64,000 bases of DNA from Eledone cirrhosa (Eukaryota), in the NCBI GenBank assembly GCA_964016885.1, contig OZ024751.1, positions 29,574,001-29,638,000 on the forward strand, in the 5' to 3' direction. The notes beneath the pieces are model-generated. The model had not been told where the DNA came from, ran no database searches, and worked only from the letters and a program-made list of their open reading frames with translations. Of the stretch, positions 38,840 through 52,817 are shown one piece after another (positions within the stretch are counted from its first letter, which is position 1; the number at the start of each line of letters is the position of its first letter). Position numbers and translations under genes: made by a program.

Positions 38840-40660
38840 TGGATTGGATTGGTTGACATTATCTGTGATTAGATAGGCCAAGGAGAGCTCTTCTGGCTTG
38901 GGTTGGAGAGGTTGACATTGTCTGTGATTAGATAGGCCAAGGAGAGCTCTTCTGGCTTGGGTTGGAGAGGTTGACATTGTCTATGACTAGATAGGCCAAG
39001 GAGAGCTCTTCTGGCTTGGGTTGGAGAGGTTGACATTGTCTGTGATTAGATAGGCCAAGGAGAGCTCTTCTGGCTTGGGTTGGAGAGGTTGACATTGTCT
39101 ATGACTAGATAGGCCAAGGAGAGCTCTTCTGGCTTGGGTTGGAGAGGTTGACATTGTCTATGACTAGATAGGCCAAGGAGAGCTCTTCTGGCTTGGGTTG
39201 GAGAGGTTGACATTGTCTGTGATTAGATAGGCCAAGGAGAGCTCTTCTGGCTTGGGTTGGAGAGGTTGACATTATCTGTGATTAGATAGGCCAAGGAGAG
39301 CTCTTCTGGCTTGGGTTGGAGAGGTTGACATTGTCTGTGATTAGATAGGCCAAGGAGAGCTCTTCTGGCTTGGGTTGGAGAGGTTGACATTGTCTATGAC
39401 TAGATAGGCCAAGGAGAGCTCTTCTGGCTTGGGTTGGAGAGGTTGACATTGTCTGTGATTAGATAGGCCAAGGAGAGCTCTTCTGGCTTGGGTTGGAGAG
39501 GTTGACATTGTCTATGACTAGATAGGCCAAGGAGAGCTCTTCTGGCTTGGGTTGGAGAGGTTGACATTGTCTATGACTAGATAGGCCAAGGAGAGCTCTT
39601 CTGGCTTGGGTTGGAGAGGTTGACATTGTCTGTGATTAGATAGGCCAAGGAGAGCTCTTCTGGCTTGGGTTGGAGAGGTTGACATTATCTGTGATTAGAT
39701 AGGCCAAGGAGAGCTCTTCTGGCTTGGGTTGGAGAGGTTGACATTGTCTGTGATTAGATAGGCCAAGGAGAGCTCTTCTGGCTTGGGTTGGAGAGGTTGA
39801 CATTGTCTATGACTAGATAGGCCAAGGAGAGCTCTTCTGGCTTGGGTTGGAGAGGTTGACATTGTCTATGACTAGATAGGCCAAGGAGAGCTCTTCTGGC
39901 TTGGGTTGGAGAGGTTGACATTGTCTATGACTAGATAGGCCAAGGAGAGCTCTTCTGGCTTGGGTTGGAGAGGTTGACATTGTCTATGACTAGATAGGCC
40001 AAGGAGAGCTCTTCTGGCTTGGGTTGGAGAGGTTGACATTGTCTATGACTAGATAGGCCAAGGAGAGCTCTTCTGGCTTGGGTTGGAGAGGTTGACATTG
40101 TCTGAGACTAGATAGGCCAAGGAGAGCTCTTCTGGCTTGGGTTGGAGAGGTTGACATTGTCTGAGACTAGATAGGCCAAGGAGAGCTCTTCTGGCTTGGG
40201 TTGGAGAGGTTGACATTGTCTATGACTAGATAGGCCAAGGAGAGCTCTTCTGGCTTGGGTTGGAGAGGTTGACATTGTCTATGACTAGATAGGCCAAGGA
40301 GAGCTCTTCTGGCTTGGGTTGGAGAGGTTGACATTGTCTATGACTAGATAGACCAGAGAAGAGATCTTCTGGCATGGGTTGGAGAGGTTGACATTGTCTG
40401 AGACTAGATAGGCCAGAGAAGAGATCTTCTGGCATGGGTTGGAGAGGTTGACATTGTCTGAGACTAAATAGGCCAGAGAAGAGATCTTCTGGCATGGGTT
40501 GGAGAGGTTGACATTGTCTGAAAACAAGACAGACCAGGGAAAGCTCTTTTAACATGGATTGCATAGATTGACAATGTCTAAGACTAGATAATCCAGGGAG
40601 GGCTCTTCTGGCATGGGTTGGATAGATTGATGTTGTCTGAGACTAGACAGGCATGGAAGA
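38840..40660. repeat. 59-bp (edge units 60-bp) satellite, ~30 copies, amplified inside a minus-strand SINE tail
   Basis: Unit gttgacattgtct(a/g)tga(c/t)tagataggccaaggagagctcttctggcttgggttggagag; flanks resemble a SINE tail (left) and SINE body (right). Confidence 0.95.
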
Positions 40661-41080
40661 GCTCTTTTTGCTCATACATTCCAATTTAGCATAATTTCTA
40701 TAGTTGGATATCTTTCCTCGTGTCAACCACCTTACAGAGTGTACCGGATGAATTTTATCATGGCACTAACATTTTAAAGAGGGCTCTGGGTGCATTTTAT
40801 GATGACACCAGTACTAACACTTTACAGAGTGTACTGGGTGTATTTTATCATAACCCCACTAGGACTATAAAAAAAAACAGAGGTATATTTAAAGGTTAAT
40901 TTTTCTTTAATTTGACAAAGAATATTCTTATAATTTACATTAAATGGATTTAAATTTTGTCAAATATTACCAGTTTCCATTGGTATATCAATCTTACTAA
41001 ATATTAAAAGAAGTTTGTTCTATTACTCTGTGGGCAGTTGAAACATATATATATCTTTTGTTTTGAACTGTTCAGTTCCA

Positions 41081-41125
41081 TATTTGATAAGAGGGTATTA
41101 GCCCTGAAATATCATGTTGAAATAC
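41081..41125 (+). ncRNA. Weak hammerhead-like motif (U3-A8)
   Basis: TTGATAA-g-AGGGT atta GCCCT-GAAA; stems I and III poor. Confidence 0.3.
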
Positions 41126-41197
41126 AATGTATAAAATGTTACTTTGTTTTGTTTTATTTGTCATCATTTCCCCTTTGATTTTTCTACCCCGTTATAC

Positions 41198-41380
41198 TGG
41201 CGGATTGGCAGTATTGGTAGAGGGTCGGACACCATGCTTTGACACATATAGTTACGGCCCTTGCCATTCTGAGTTCAAATCCCGCCGAGGTTAACTTTTC
41301 CTTTCATCCTTGCAGGGTCGATAAAATAAAGTACCAGTAATGCATTGGGTAATTGCTGGCCTTGTGCCAAAAGTAGAAAC

Positions 41381-41385
<5 letters not shown>
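41198..41385 (+). mobile_element. SINE family 1, full length
   Basis: ggcggattggcagtattggtagag...aaacaattat. Confidence 0.9.
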
Positions 41386-41442
<57 letters not shown>

Positions 41443-41730
41443 ATGTATATATATATATGGATGTATATATGTCACCATCATCATTTTACGTCTATTTTTC
41501 CATGCTGGCATGCATTAGAGTTGTTCTGTTGTGGGCAATGTTAGGTTAGAAGACCATGTCTTGCTCATACAGAACTGATTTTGGCTTGGTTTCTACAGCT
41601 GGATGCCCTTCATATATATATATATATATACATACAGATGTATTTATATATATATGGATATATATGTGTGTGTGTGTGTATGTATATGTATGAATGTATA
41701 TATGTATATATATACACACACCTCTATCCT

Positions 41731-41898
41731 TTATTTCAAAACCCTGGTTTCTGCAAAGAAATGTTCTTTCAATGAATCTCTGAATCTCTGAATGTTGTTG
41801 AATTGATAGACATGATTCTGCCAGGAATCTGGATGAGATCCAGAGAAACCAACTCTGCAGCTGCCAAGCTGTTGGCATTGTCCGTTATAAGATACATT
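41731..41898 (-). CDS. Candidate small coding exon (NVSYNGQCQQLGSCRVGFSGSHPDSWQNHVYQFNNIQRFRDSLKEHFFAETRVLK*), unknown product
   Basis: Non-repetitive, higher-complexity island; T-rich acceptor ending tgtAG; 55 open codons plus TAA; no family recognised. Confidence 0.25.
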   Translation of the reverse strand, partial: NVSYNGQCQQLGSCRVGFSGSHPDSWQNHVYQFNNIQRFRDSLKEHFFAETRVLK

Positions 41899-42547
41899 CT
41901 ACAATGTATACACAAAGTAATCAAAAAGCAATCAAAAATCTGGTGGTAGTATGTGTGGTGAGCAGGAGAAAACTTGCATAAGAATGTGACATTATTTCTA
42001 TCTGGTGTGGTATGGAAATTTCTTTTGAGTGAGACGATAAGAAGGATGTTAATCGTTTGTTGTTTTTTTTTATTGTTTGTTTTTTGTTTGTGTTTTTTTT
42101 TTATAATTTCAAAATGCAGATAATTTACCATTTCTGGAATATCAAAAATGGAAGAAAGATAGAGAGGAAAATTACTACTTTAACATTGGTTTTGATTTTC
42201 AGGCATTACCATTTTGCCTGAGTTAACATTTCAAAAAAATATATATAATATTCATAAAAAAATTTCTTTTCTTCTTTCTTTTTATTTTATATTTCTATAG
42301 TGGTCATGATGATGATGATAGTGGTGTTTTTTTTTTGTTTTTATTTTGTTTTTTCTTGTCTTCTGATACTAAAAATTTCAAATGGTTTGTCATATATCAC
42401 TAGATAATTCTCCAGCCAACCATTTAGTTGTTATATTTCATTATTGTTATTGTTATTTTATGATTATCATCATCATCATTATCATTTCCAATTAACGCTG
42501 TTTCAATGCTAGCATAGGGTGGACAATATATATACTTCCTTTTATAC

Positions 42548-42578
<31 letters not shown>

Positions 42579-43529
42579 ATGTCCGTTCTCTCTACTAGCA
42601 AGGATCTGTGTGTGTGTGCGTGTATATATATAGCAAGGAGATATCTTTTCAGAAAGTGTAATTTATATAAAGGGATTAAGGATGTATGTAGATATGTTTA
42701 GATGTGAAACAGTTTTATTGGTTAACTCCTTCACATGTCAGCTAATCAGCCAATCAGTGTTAACCATCCATTGTTAACTAACATATGATGTGCTCTATAA
42801 AACAACCTCACCACATCTGACATTAAGGTGTCTATCTATCTATAGGTATCTCTTTATGCTATCTATGTCAGTCAAACTATTGAGTTATATATTATTACAT
42901 TAAGACCCCCTTTTGCATCAATGGAAGAGATATTGGGGCATCTAACCAATTATGTCCACTTCAATTTGTTCCAGACATTGCAGCTAGACCTTTCTGCTGT
43001 CTTTACCATTCCTGTACCATAGTCGGAATAATGGAATAATGTTTCTGACATGTATCATCTCTTCAACTGACCTTTTTTTTATGTCGTTCATAGAAAATCT
43101 TCTTTGCTTTTTCCTTGCCTCATTCAGTCATTCACTTCACCTTTTACATTAATTGTCTGCAAGGCTGCTTGCACTTTTCTAATGTGATTTGTCAGGCTGG
43201 AATAAATAGAAAAGTGTGTATCTGGTTTAGAATAGGTACACCCTCCCTGTATGTCATAGGCAATGACTAAAAGGGTTGGTGTCAGGAAAGGCATCTGGCT
43301 GTAAAACATTGCCTCAAAAAGTCCAATCAAACCTATGCCTGCATGGAAAATCAACATGATGACAATAATGAGAATTCATATATATATCATCATCATCATC
43401 GTTTAACGTCCATCTTCCACGCTAGCATGATCCATGGGTGTATATATATTATATATATATATATATATGCATGTGTGTATATATATTATATATATATATA
43501 TATGTGTATGTATATACATGTATACATAT

Positions 43530-43882
43530 GTGCGGGAACATAGAAATAGTCAGGCTGGATACCCAATTGCGCGATTAAACTACTGCGAGTGAAGGACCCT
43601 TAGCCTTTGTCAGGGCATTCTTCTAGGAGAAGGAAACTCAGGAAACTGGGATAACTCCGACATAAAACCTGCGGCTTAGTAGTTACCAATGATGTTGATC
43701 TTTTCTTCTTTTCGGGTTATAGCTACTGTCGCTCAGAGAGTGGGATTGGCTCAGTGCACAGACTTTCCTCAATTTAAAAAAAATCTTCATCCACATGCAT
43801 TGCATGATAGTATTAATTGATAATCATTAATATTGTTATATTGTGCAATGGCCATACTCGATAATGAGGGGGCAACCATCAT
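43530..43882 (+). mobile_element. Probable non-autonomous element with RTE-5'UTR-like motif
   Basis: ctaggagaaggaaactc...taaaacc motif resembles RTE 5' UTRs; inserted in a TA tract. Confidence 0.4.
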
Positions 43883-44179
43883 ATATATATATATATATAT
43901 ATATAACCCATGCTAGCATGCAAGTTAGACGTTAAACGATGATGATAATGATGATAAGTCGATCGGCTTTCATTAAATCAGACCGAGGAAACAATGTTTC
44001 CTTTGGTCTTTCCAATTGCTAGTACTATTTACCGGTCACAACTCCAGGTAGAAGGAGCAACATGAAATAAAGTGTCTTGCCCAAGGACATAATGCATCAC
44101 CCGGTCCGGGAATCAAACACACAACCTCACGATTACGAATCTAATTCTCTAACTACTTAGCCACGCACCTTATATATAT

Positions 44180-44770
44180 AAATTACAGAATAATCAAAAC
44201 TATGTTCAAAACATTTTATTGCTGACAATCGTTTCTTCCAAACTTTCGTTTGGAATCATCAGAGCATTGGCAAAGTTTAGACATATAATTAACCTCCTAT
44301 TCCACAGAACAATCATAAAGATACGTAGATGTTAGTGTTGTCATCAACAGTGTCATATTTACAGAGTGGAGATGTGGTCAGTATCAGTGGATGCGACAAA
44401 GATTATAAAAGAATAATACAACAATTATAGAGGAATTAAAGTAGAGAGTTACTCGCAAAACGAGGACATTAGCAGTACATATGCAAGCGTATAGAAAGAG
44501 TGCAGATGTGTTAGGCATGTACAGAATAACCAGGTAAGAAACAAGCAATGGTACTAAGCATATATATCACAGTATGGCAAAGGTGTCACATAATAGAATA
44601 CAGGTGTAAAAGTATATTAAGCAGACAGACATTATCACACTACATCCCCCATAAACTTCATAGAAACTGCTTTTCATACACAAGCATCTCTGTCTGCTTA
44701 ATATGCTTTTAATATGCTTTTATACCTGTATTGTATTATGCGATACCTTTGCCATACTGTGATATATATG
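44180..44770 (-). mobile_element. Penelope-pLTR-like cassette with HHR and terminal inverted duplication (44559-44629 / 44689-44770)
   Basis: Canonical HHR followed by AATAAA on the minus strand; fold-back at the other end. Confidence 0.7.
44220..44266 (-). ncRNA. Canonical minimal type-I hammerhead ribozyme
   Basis: TGCT-CTGATGA-TTCCAAAC gaaa GTTTGGAA-GAAA-CGATTG-TC-AGCA; 8-bp stem II with GNRA loop; quasi-palindromic stem III; GUC cleavage between 44224 and 44223. Confidence 0.88.
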
Positions 44771-45849
44771 GTGGTGGTGTGGTTTGGTGTTGGTGGTGTT
44801 GTTGTGTTGATGTGGTGGTGGTGTGGCGGTTTGACAGTGTGTTGATGTGGTGGTGGTGGTGGTGGTGGTGTGTTGGTGTTTTTGTTGTTGATGTTGTGTT
44901 AATGTGGTGGTGTGTTAGTGTTGTTGATGTGGAGGTGTGTTGGTGGTGGTGTTGTTATTGGTGTTTTTGTTGTTGTGTTGATGTGATGGTGCTGTTGTTG
45001 GTGTTGATGTGGTGGTGTGTTGGTGTTGGTGGTGTTGTTGATGTGGTGGTGTGTTGGTCTTGGCGGAGATGTTGTTATTAGCAGGTTTAGTATCAGTGAT
45101 GTGTGAAACAAGTGGTTTATAGAGAAATAGAAAAAATTGTACTGGGTGGTGTTATTGTAATAGTTTTGTTGCTGTTGTGGTGGTAGTTGTGATGGTGTTA
45201 TGATGGTGGTGTTGCGCTAGAAGTTTCCATTGCTATGGGTTTGAGCTCACTCTTGTGGGTAGCCAACTCCACCCACTGATAGTGAGTAGGGGGGTGGTCC
45301 ACCAGCCAAAAACGCCAGAAGTCTCCATTGCCAGAGGCTTGATCACAAATATACATATCTTCACAGGGTATAATCTGTTAAAAAGGTGAGATGGATAGGT
45401 TAGGTGGGTAGGGTAGATAGGTGAGGTGGGTGGGTAGGTGAGCAATGAAGGTGCATAGAGGAGATAGGTAGGTGGGTAAGGTGGGCAGGGGAGATAGGTG
45501 AGGTTTGTAGATAGATAGGGGCAATAATTAAGGTGGGTAGAAAGTGAAAAACAGGTGGGTGGTTCCATGAAGCTCACCTACCTCCTCATCCCCATCTCAG
45601 ACTGATTTCTGTTGTGGGAGGGAGAGGGGGTCTGGGAGGAGGGGGCAATGAGAAAAAGGTGAGATAATGACTAGAAGGGGAGATGTGTAAAAGGGTAAAG
45701 GAGGCATGAAAACTAAATGAATATTGAGTTGAAGAATGTGGTGTTTGCAAGTATGTATTTATCTTTTGGGGGGTGCGGGGGGAGAAAGGGGTTATTTGTG
45801 TGAAGAAAGACTAGGAGATAGAGAGAGATAGTGAAAGAAAGAAAAGGAA

Positions 45850-46337
45850 GGTATTTGTGAGATAGATAGGTAGGTAGATAGATAGATACAAGAAGGGGGT
45901 ATTTGTGAGAGAGATAGGTAGGTAGATAGATACAAGAAGGGGGTATTTGTGAGAGAGATAGGTAGGTAGATAGATACAAGAAGGGGGTATTTGTGAGAGA
46001 GATAGATAGATAGATAGATACAAGAAGGGGGTATTTGTGAGAGAGATAGGTAGGTAGATAGATACAAGAAGGGGGTATTTGTGAGAGAGATAGATAGATA
46101 GATACAAGAAGGGGGTATTTGTGAGAGAGATAGGTAGGTAGATACAAGAAGGGGGTATTTGTGAGAGAGATAGGTAGGTAGATAGATACAAGAAGGGGGT
46201 ATTTGTGAGAGAGATAGATAGATAGATAAAAGAAGGGGGTATTTGTGAGAGAGATAGGTAGGTAGATAGATACAAGAAGGGGGTATTTGTGAGAGAGATA
46301 GGTAGGTAGATAGATACAAGAAGGGGGTATTTGTGAG
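45850..46337. repeat. 40-44-bp minisatellite with variable GATA/GGTA core, ~11 copies
   Basis: gatacaagaagggggtatttgtgagaga recurring. Confidence 0.92.
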
Positions 46338-46565
46338 AAGAGACAAGAGGAGGGTGAGTAAAACAAAGCACATATTTGTAAAGGTGGGGGCGGAGTGAAA
46401 GAGAGAGAGAGGGGGAAGGTGTTTGTGTGAAGAGAAGAAGGAGAAAGACAGCAGGAAAAGAGAGAGAGAGAAAGAAAGAACAATAAAGAACAAGAGAGAG
46501 AGAGTGAGAAAGAGGTGTTTGTGTGAAGTGAAAGAGAAAAAAAAAGGTTTGTTGAAGAGAAAGAG

Positions 46566-46605
<40 letters not shown>

Positions 46606-48039
46606 AATAAAGAACAAGCGAGAGAGAGAGGTGTTTATTGAAGAGAAAGAGAGTGAAAAAGAAAGAGAGAGAGAGAGAAAACAACAAGGAACAAGGGAGA
46701 GAGAGTGAACAAGAGAGAGAAAGAAAGAAAGGGTAAAGAAAGATAAAAGGTATTTGTTTCAAGTGTTTGTTATCCACAACATTATTTTTTTTGTTATATT
46801 TTTTCTTAGTGATTTTTTTACTATGTTTTTCTTCTTCATCTCCTTCTTACTTTGCTGCCCATTTGTTTCTCAGTGCCTGTGAAGTGAGCAAGGCAGCAGC
46901 CATACTGTATGATTAGTGTCAAAGTGAATTAATAGTGGCACTCTGGCTGAACTCTATCACATCTGACTTGAGACATTTCAAGGTTTCACATACACAATCA
47001 ACTTCATATATGAATGAATGAATAACTCTGTGACTGGATTACTGGCTGGCTGGCTGGCTGAATCTCTGGCTGGATAACTGGCTGGCTGAATGAATGAATG
47101 AATGAATGAATGAATGAATGAATGACTCTGTGACTGGATTACTGGCTGGCTGGATAATTGGCTGGCTTAATGAATGAATGAATAAATGAATGACTCTCTG
47201 GCTGGATTGCTGGCTGAATGGCTGGCTGGTAGCTGGTTGGATGGCTTGATGGATACAACATAACCACCATCCTTCCTTCCATATGCCTACTACAACTAAA
47301 CCCTTCAGCAACACCTCCCCACTGCCATCATCCCCCCTAACATCATATTCAACTACACCACCTACCTACTTACCCACCCACACACACACACACCCATAAC
47401 CACTAACCTCACCCATACTAACACCATATCAACTACACCCTTCATCAACACCCACCTATCCACCTACCTATCAAACCCCCTTAACAACCCCACATAACCC
47501 AACCTGCCCCCTACTAACACCATATCACCTGCACCCTTCATCCACACCTACCTACCTACCTACCCATCCACACTAAACCCCATAACAACCCCCAATACAC
47601 CTTCAACCTGCCCCCTACTAACACCATATCAACTACACCCTTCACCCACATACCTACCCTACCCACATACCTACCCCACCTCACCTAACATCACACAAAA
47701 CACAAACCTGTTATTTCATGCATCCTAAACAACAGACAGCTCTCTTTCACACTTTTTTATCTTCTTTTTTTTCTTTTCAATGGAAACTAAAACTAATTTT
47801 TCCCCCTTTTTTTCTTATTTGGTGAATTATTATTATTATTAGTAGTAGTAGTAGTATTATCATTATTATTATTAGTAATAGTAGTGTTATTGTTGTTATT
47901 GTTGATGTTGTTGATGTTGTTGTTGTTGTTGTTATCATACAGTGTGCTTTTGTTTTGCTGCTAATTTCTAAATCAATTATTTTAATTTTTCCAAGAATAA
48001 ATATGAGAACTAAAAATAAAATAAAAAATATATAAATAT

Positions 48040-48081
<42 letters not shown>

Positions 48082-48101
48082 AATATATATGTATATATAT
48101 A

Positions 48102-48193
<92 letters not shown>

Positions 48194-48313
48194 TATATGT
48201 ATGTATATATGTATATATATATGTATGTATGTATATATATATATATGTATGTATATATGTATATATATATATATGTATGTATATATATATATATATGTAT
48301 GTATATATATATG

Positions 48314-48344
<31 letters not shown>

Positions 48345-48367
48345 GTATGTATATATATATGTATATA

Positions 48368-48417
<50 letters not shown>

Positions 48418-48483
48418 TATATGTATGTATATATGTATATATATATGTATGTATGTATATATATATATATGTATGTATATATG

Positions 48484-48532
<49 letters not shown>

Positions 48533-48803
48533 GTATGTATATATATATGTATATATATATGTATATATATATATATGTATGTATATATATATGTATATAT
48601 ATATGTATATATATATATATGTATGTATATATATATGTATATATATATATATGTATGTATATATATATGTATATATATGTATGTATATATGTATGTATAT
48701 ATGTATATATATATGTATATATGTATATATATATGTATATATATATATATATATTTATGTATATATATATATATATATATTTATGTATATATATATATGT
48801 ATG

Positions 48804-48834
<31 letters not shown>

Positions 48835-49009
48835 GTATATATATATGTATGTATGTATATATGTATGTATGTATATATGTATATATATATGTATATATAT
48901 ATGATGATATATGTATATATATATGATGATATATATATATATATGTATGTATATATATTGTATATATATATATATATATGTATATGTATATATATGTATG
49001 TATATATAT

Positions 49010-49041
<32 letters not shown>

Positions 49042-49119
49042 GTATATATATATGTATATATATATGTATATATATATATATGTATATGTATATATATACA
49101 TATATTTAAAATGTATGTA

Positions 49120-49193
<74 letters not shown>

Positions 49194-49530
49194 TATATAC
49201 ATATATATTTATATATATGCATATACATATATTTATATGTATATATGTATATATATATATGAGTGTATGTATATATATATTTATATGTATATATGTATGT
49301 ATATATATACGTATATATATATATATATGTGAGTGTATGTATGTATATATATATATACATCTTTATACGTATATATGTAGGTATATATATATACATATGT
49401 GTGTATATATATATATGTATGTATATATAAGATATGTATATATATATGTGTGTATGTATATATATGTATATATATATACATATACACATATATATAAATA
49501 TATATATATACATATATATATATATATGTG

Positions 49531-49562
<32 letters not shown>

Positions 49563-49739
49563 TATAAGAGATTGAGAGATGTATAACAATGTAATCCAAG
49601 ATGGCTTCCACAATGAGAGGAAAATAATTCATCACATTTTTATTTTAGCTTATTTTTTTCTAGAATCCTCCGTTATTAATATTATTCTTGTAATTGTTTT
49701 ATACAGCAGTTGTGTGATTCTCTTGGTATTGTTCCTCTA

Positions 49740-51120
49740 GTAGTTGGTGGTGGTGGTGGTGGTGGTGGTGGTGGTGGGTGGTGGTGGGTGGTGGTGGTGG
49801 GTGGTGGTGGGTGGTGACGGTGGTGGTGGTGGTAGTGGGTGGTGGTGGTGGTGGGTGGTGGTGGGTGGTGGCGGTGGTGGTGGGTGGTGACGGTGGTGGT
49901 GGTGGTAGTGGGTGGTGGTGGTGGTGGTGATGGTGGGTGGTGGTGGCGGTGGTGGCGGTGGTGGCGGTGGTGGCGGCGGCGGTGGTGGCGGTGGGTGGTG
50001 GCGGTGGTGGCGGCGGCGGTGGTGGTGGTGGTGGCGGTGGTGGTGGCGGTGGTGGCGGCGGCGGCGGTGGTGGTGGCGGTGGGTGGTGGTGGTGGCGGTG
50101 GTGGTGGTGTTAGTGGCAGTGGGTGGTGGTGGTGGTGGTGATGGTGGGTGGTGGTGGTGGTGGCGGTGGTGGTGGTGGTGGTGGCAGTGGGTGGTGGTGG
50201 TGGTGGGTGGTGGTGGTGGTGGAAGCATGGTGTGGTGGTGGTGGTGGGTGGTGGTGGCGGTGGCGGTGGGTGGTGGTGGCAGTGGGTGGTGGCGATGGTG
50301 GTGGTGGTGGTGGTGGTGGTGGTAGTGGCAGTGGGTGGTGGTGGTGGTGGTGGGTGGTGGTGGCAGTGGGTGGTGGTGGTGGTGGTGGTGGAAGCATGGT
50401 GTGGTGGTGGGTGGTGGCAGTGGGTGGTGGTGGTGGTGGTGGTGGTGGTGGTGGAAGCATGGTGTGGTGATGAGGATTGTGGTGCTGGTAGTGATATTTC
50501 AATGTGGTGATGTAATGATGATGGTGGTGGGTATGATGATGATGATGATGATAGTGGTGGTGGCATCATGGTGTGGGGTGTAATGATGGTGGTGGTGGCA
50601 TCACGGTGTGGGGTGTAATGATGGTGGTGGTGGCATCACAGTGTGATGCTGATGTGGTGATGATGATGATGTGAAGATGGTGATGATCATGGTGGTGGTG
50701 GTGGTGGGATCGAGGTGTGATGATGATGGTGGTGGTTGTTGTTAAGTGATGATGTCGGTGGTGCTGATGATGGTGTTGGTAGTGGTTGCATGGTGGTGAG
50801 ATGATGATGATGGTACTAGCATGGTAGTGTTGATAGTGGGTGGTGGTGGTGGTGGCATAGTGATTTGATGATCATGATGATGATAATGATGATTTGAGGA
50901 TGATGGTGGTATGATCGTGAGGATGTGATGATGATGATGATGATGATGATGATAGAGGCATGGTGAGGATGTGATGAGATTATGATGGGGTGGTGATGTT
51001 GGTGGCATGGTGATTTGATGATGATAATGATCATGATGATATTGGTTATGATGGAGGCATGGTGATGAGTTGATAATGATGATGATGATGATAATGATGA
51101 TAATAATGATGATGAGGATG
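49740..51120. repeat. (GGT/GGC)n and (GAT)n low-complexity tract
   Basis: Direct inspection. Confidence 0.95.
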
Positions 51121-51646
51121 ACAAAAAAAAGGGTGTAGGTTGTTGTTTCTTTTCTATTCTAAGAGAACAAAATTATTGAGACAATGATTTATGCCAAGTG
51201 AACAGTGCCACCTAGTGATTGATTTTGGAACTTAAAATAACAGGGTTAGACAATTAAAACATGAGGCCTATTTATGTTAGTTAACTAATTTAGGTTATAA
51301 TCATCAAGCTTAAACAGATGAAAAACAAAACATTTATAATTCTCATCATTATCATCATTATCATTATCATCATTATCATCATTATCATTACCATCATTAT
51401 CGTCATCATCATCATCGACATTATCATTATTATCATTATAATTACCATCACCATCATTGTCATCATCAAATCCATCCATATCAACATCATAATCATCACC
51501 ATTATCATCATTATCATCATCATCATCATCACATCCATCCATCATGATATCATCATCATCATTGCCATCATTATCACCATTATCATCATCATCACATCTG
51601 TCCTTAACTTCATCACCACCACCTTCGTCATCATTATTATCATCTC

Positions 51647-51746
51647 CAGGTTAACTTTGCCTTTCATCCTTACGGGGTCGATAAAATAAAGTACCAGTAA
51701 TGTACTGGGTAATTGCTGGCCTTGTGCCAAAAGTAGAAACAATTAT
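51647..51746 (+). mobile_element. 5'-truncated SINE family 1 within an (ATC)n tract
   Basis: aggttaactttgcctttcatccttacggggtcg...aaacaattat. Confidence 0.88.
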
Positions 51747-52817
51747 TATCATCTCCATCATCATCATCATCATTGTCATCATCGTCATATCTATCCATAA
51801 CTTCACCATCATCATCTCAGTCCTCATCACCATCATCATCATCACCACCATCACCATCATCACCACCATCTCCATCATCATCACCACCATCTCCATCATC
51901 ACCACCATCTCCATCATCACCACCATTATCAACATCCCCATCATCATCATCACCACCATCTCCATCATCATCACCACCATCACCATCATCACCACCATCA
52001 CCATCATCACCACCACCATCATCATCCCCATCATCACCGCCATCTCCATCATCCCCACCATTATCAACATCCCCATGATCATCATCATCACCGATATGTT
52101 TATCCTTTCTGCTGTTTTATTTTTCATTATCGATATATTTATATTTTCACTTGATCAATTAATCTTTATATAATTATTATTTTTACTCTAACATTATCTC
52201 CCCCACCCACACAACTTTTATTGTTTTCTTTTATTTTTTAAATGTCTTCTACATATTTTGTTTTAATATGAATTTATCCATATAAACAATAGGAATTTGG
52301 TTACAGACCAGTAGATAGAATATTCTGGCTGATACACACACACACACATACACTTATATACATATACATACATACATACACACTCACAGATACACACATA
52401 TATATATATGTACGCAGACACATGCACATAGACACACATGTGTATGCATAAGAACACACATACACAAGCACACACACACACACATATATGTGTGTGTGCA
52501 GAAGCATGCATACAGACATACATATGTATGCATAAGAACACACATACACACACACACACACATATATATGTGTGTGTGCAGAAGCATGCATACAGACATA
52601 CATATGTACACATAAGCACACACATACACATGCATACAAACGCACATGTATATAAACATGCATACACACATGCATACACATACATATACATCTTTGCACA
52701 CATACAAATATAAAATATAAGTATGGCTGTGTGGTTAAATAGTTTGCTTTACAACCATGTGTTTTTAGATTCAGCCCTGCTGTGAGACACCTTGAACAAG
52801 TTTCTTCTACTATAGTA

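Noticed and set aside
38840-40660. Regular repeat array resembling a CRISPR
   Set aside because: Units are contiguous and near-identical with no unique spacers, there are no cas genes, and the context is eukaryotic
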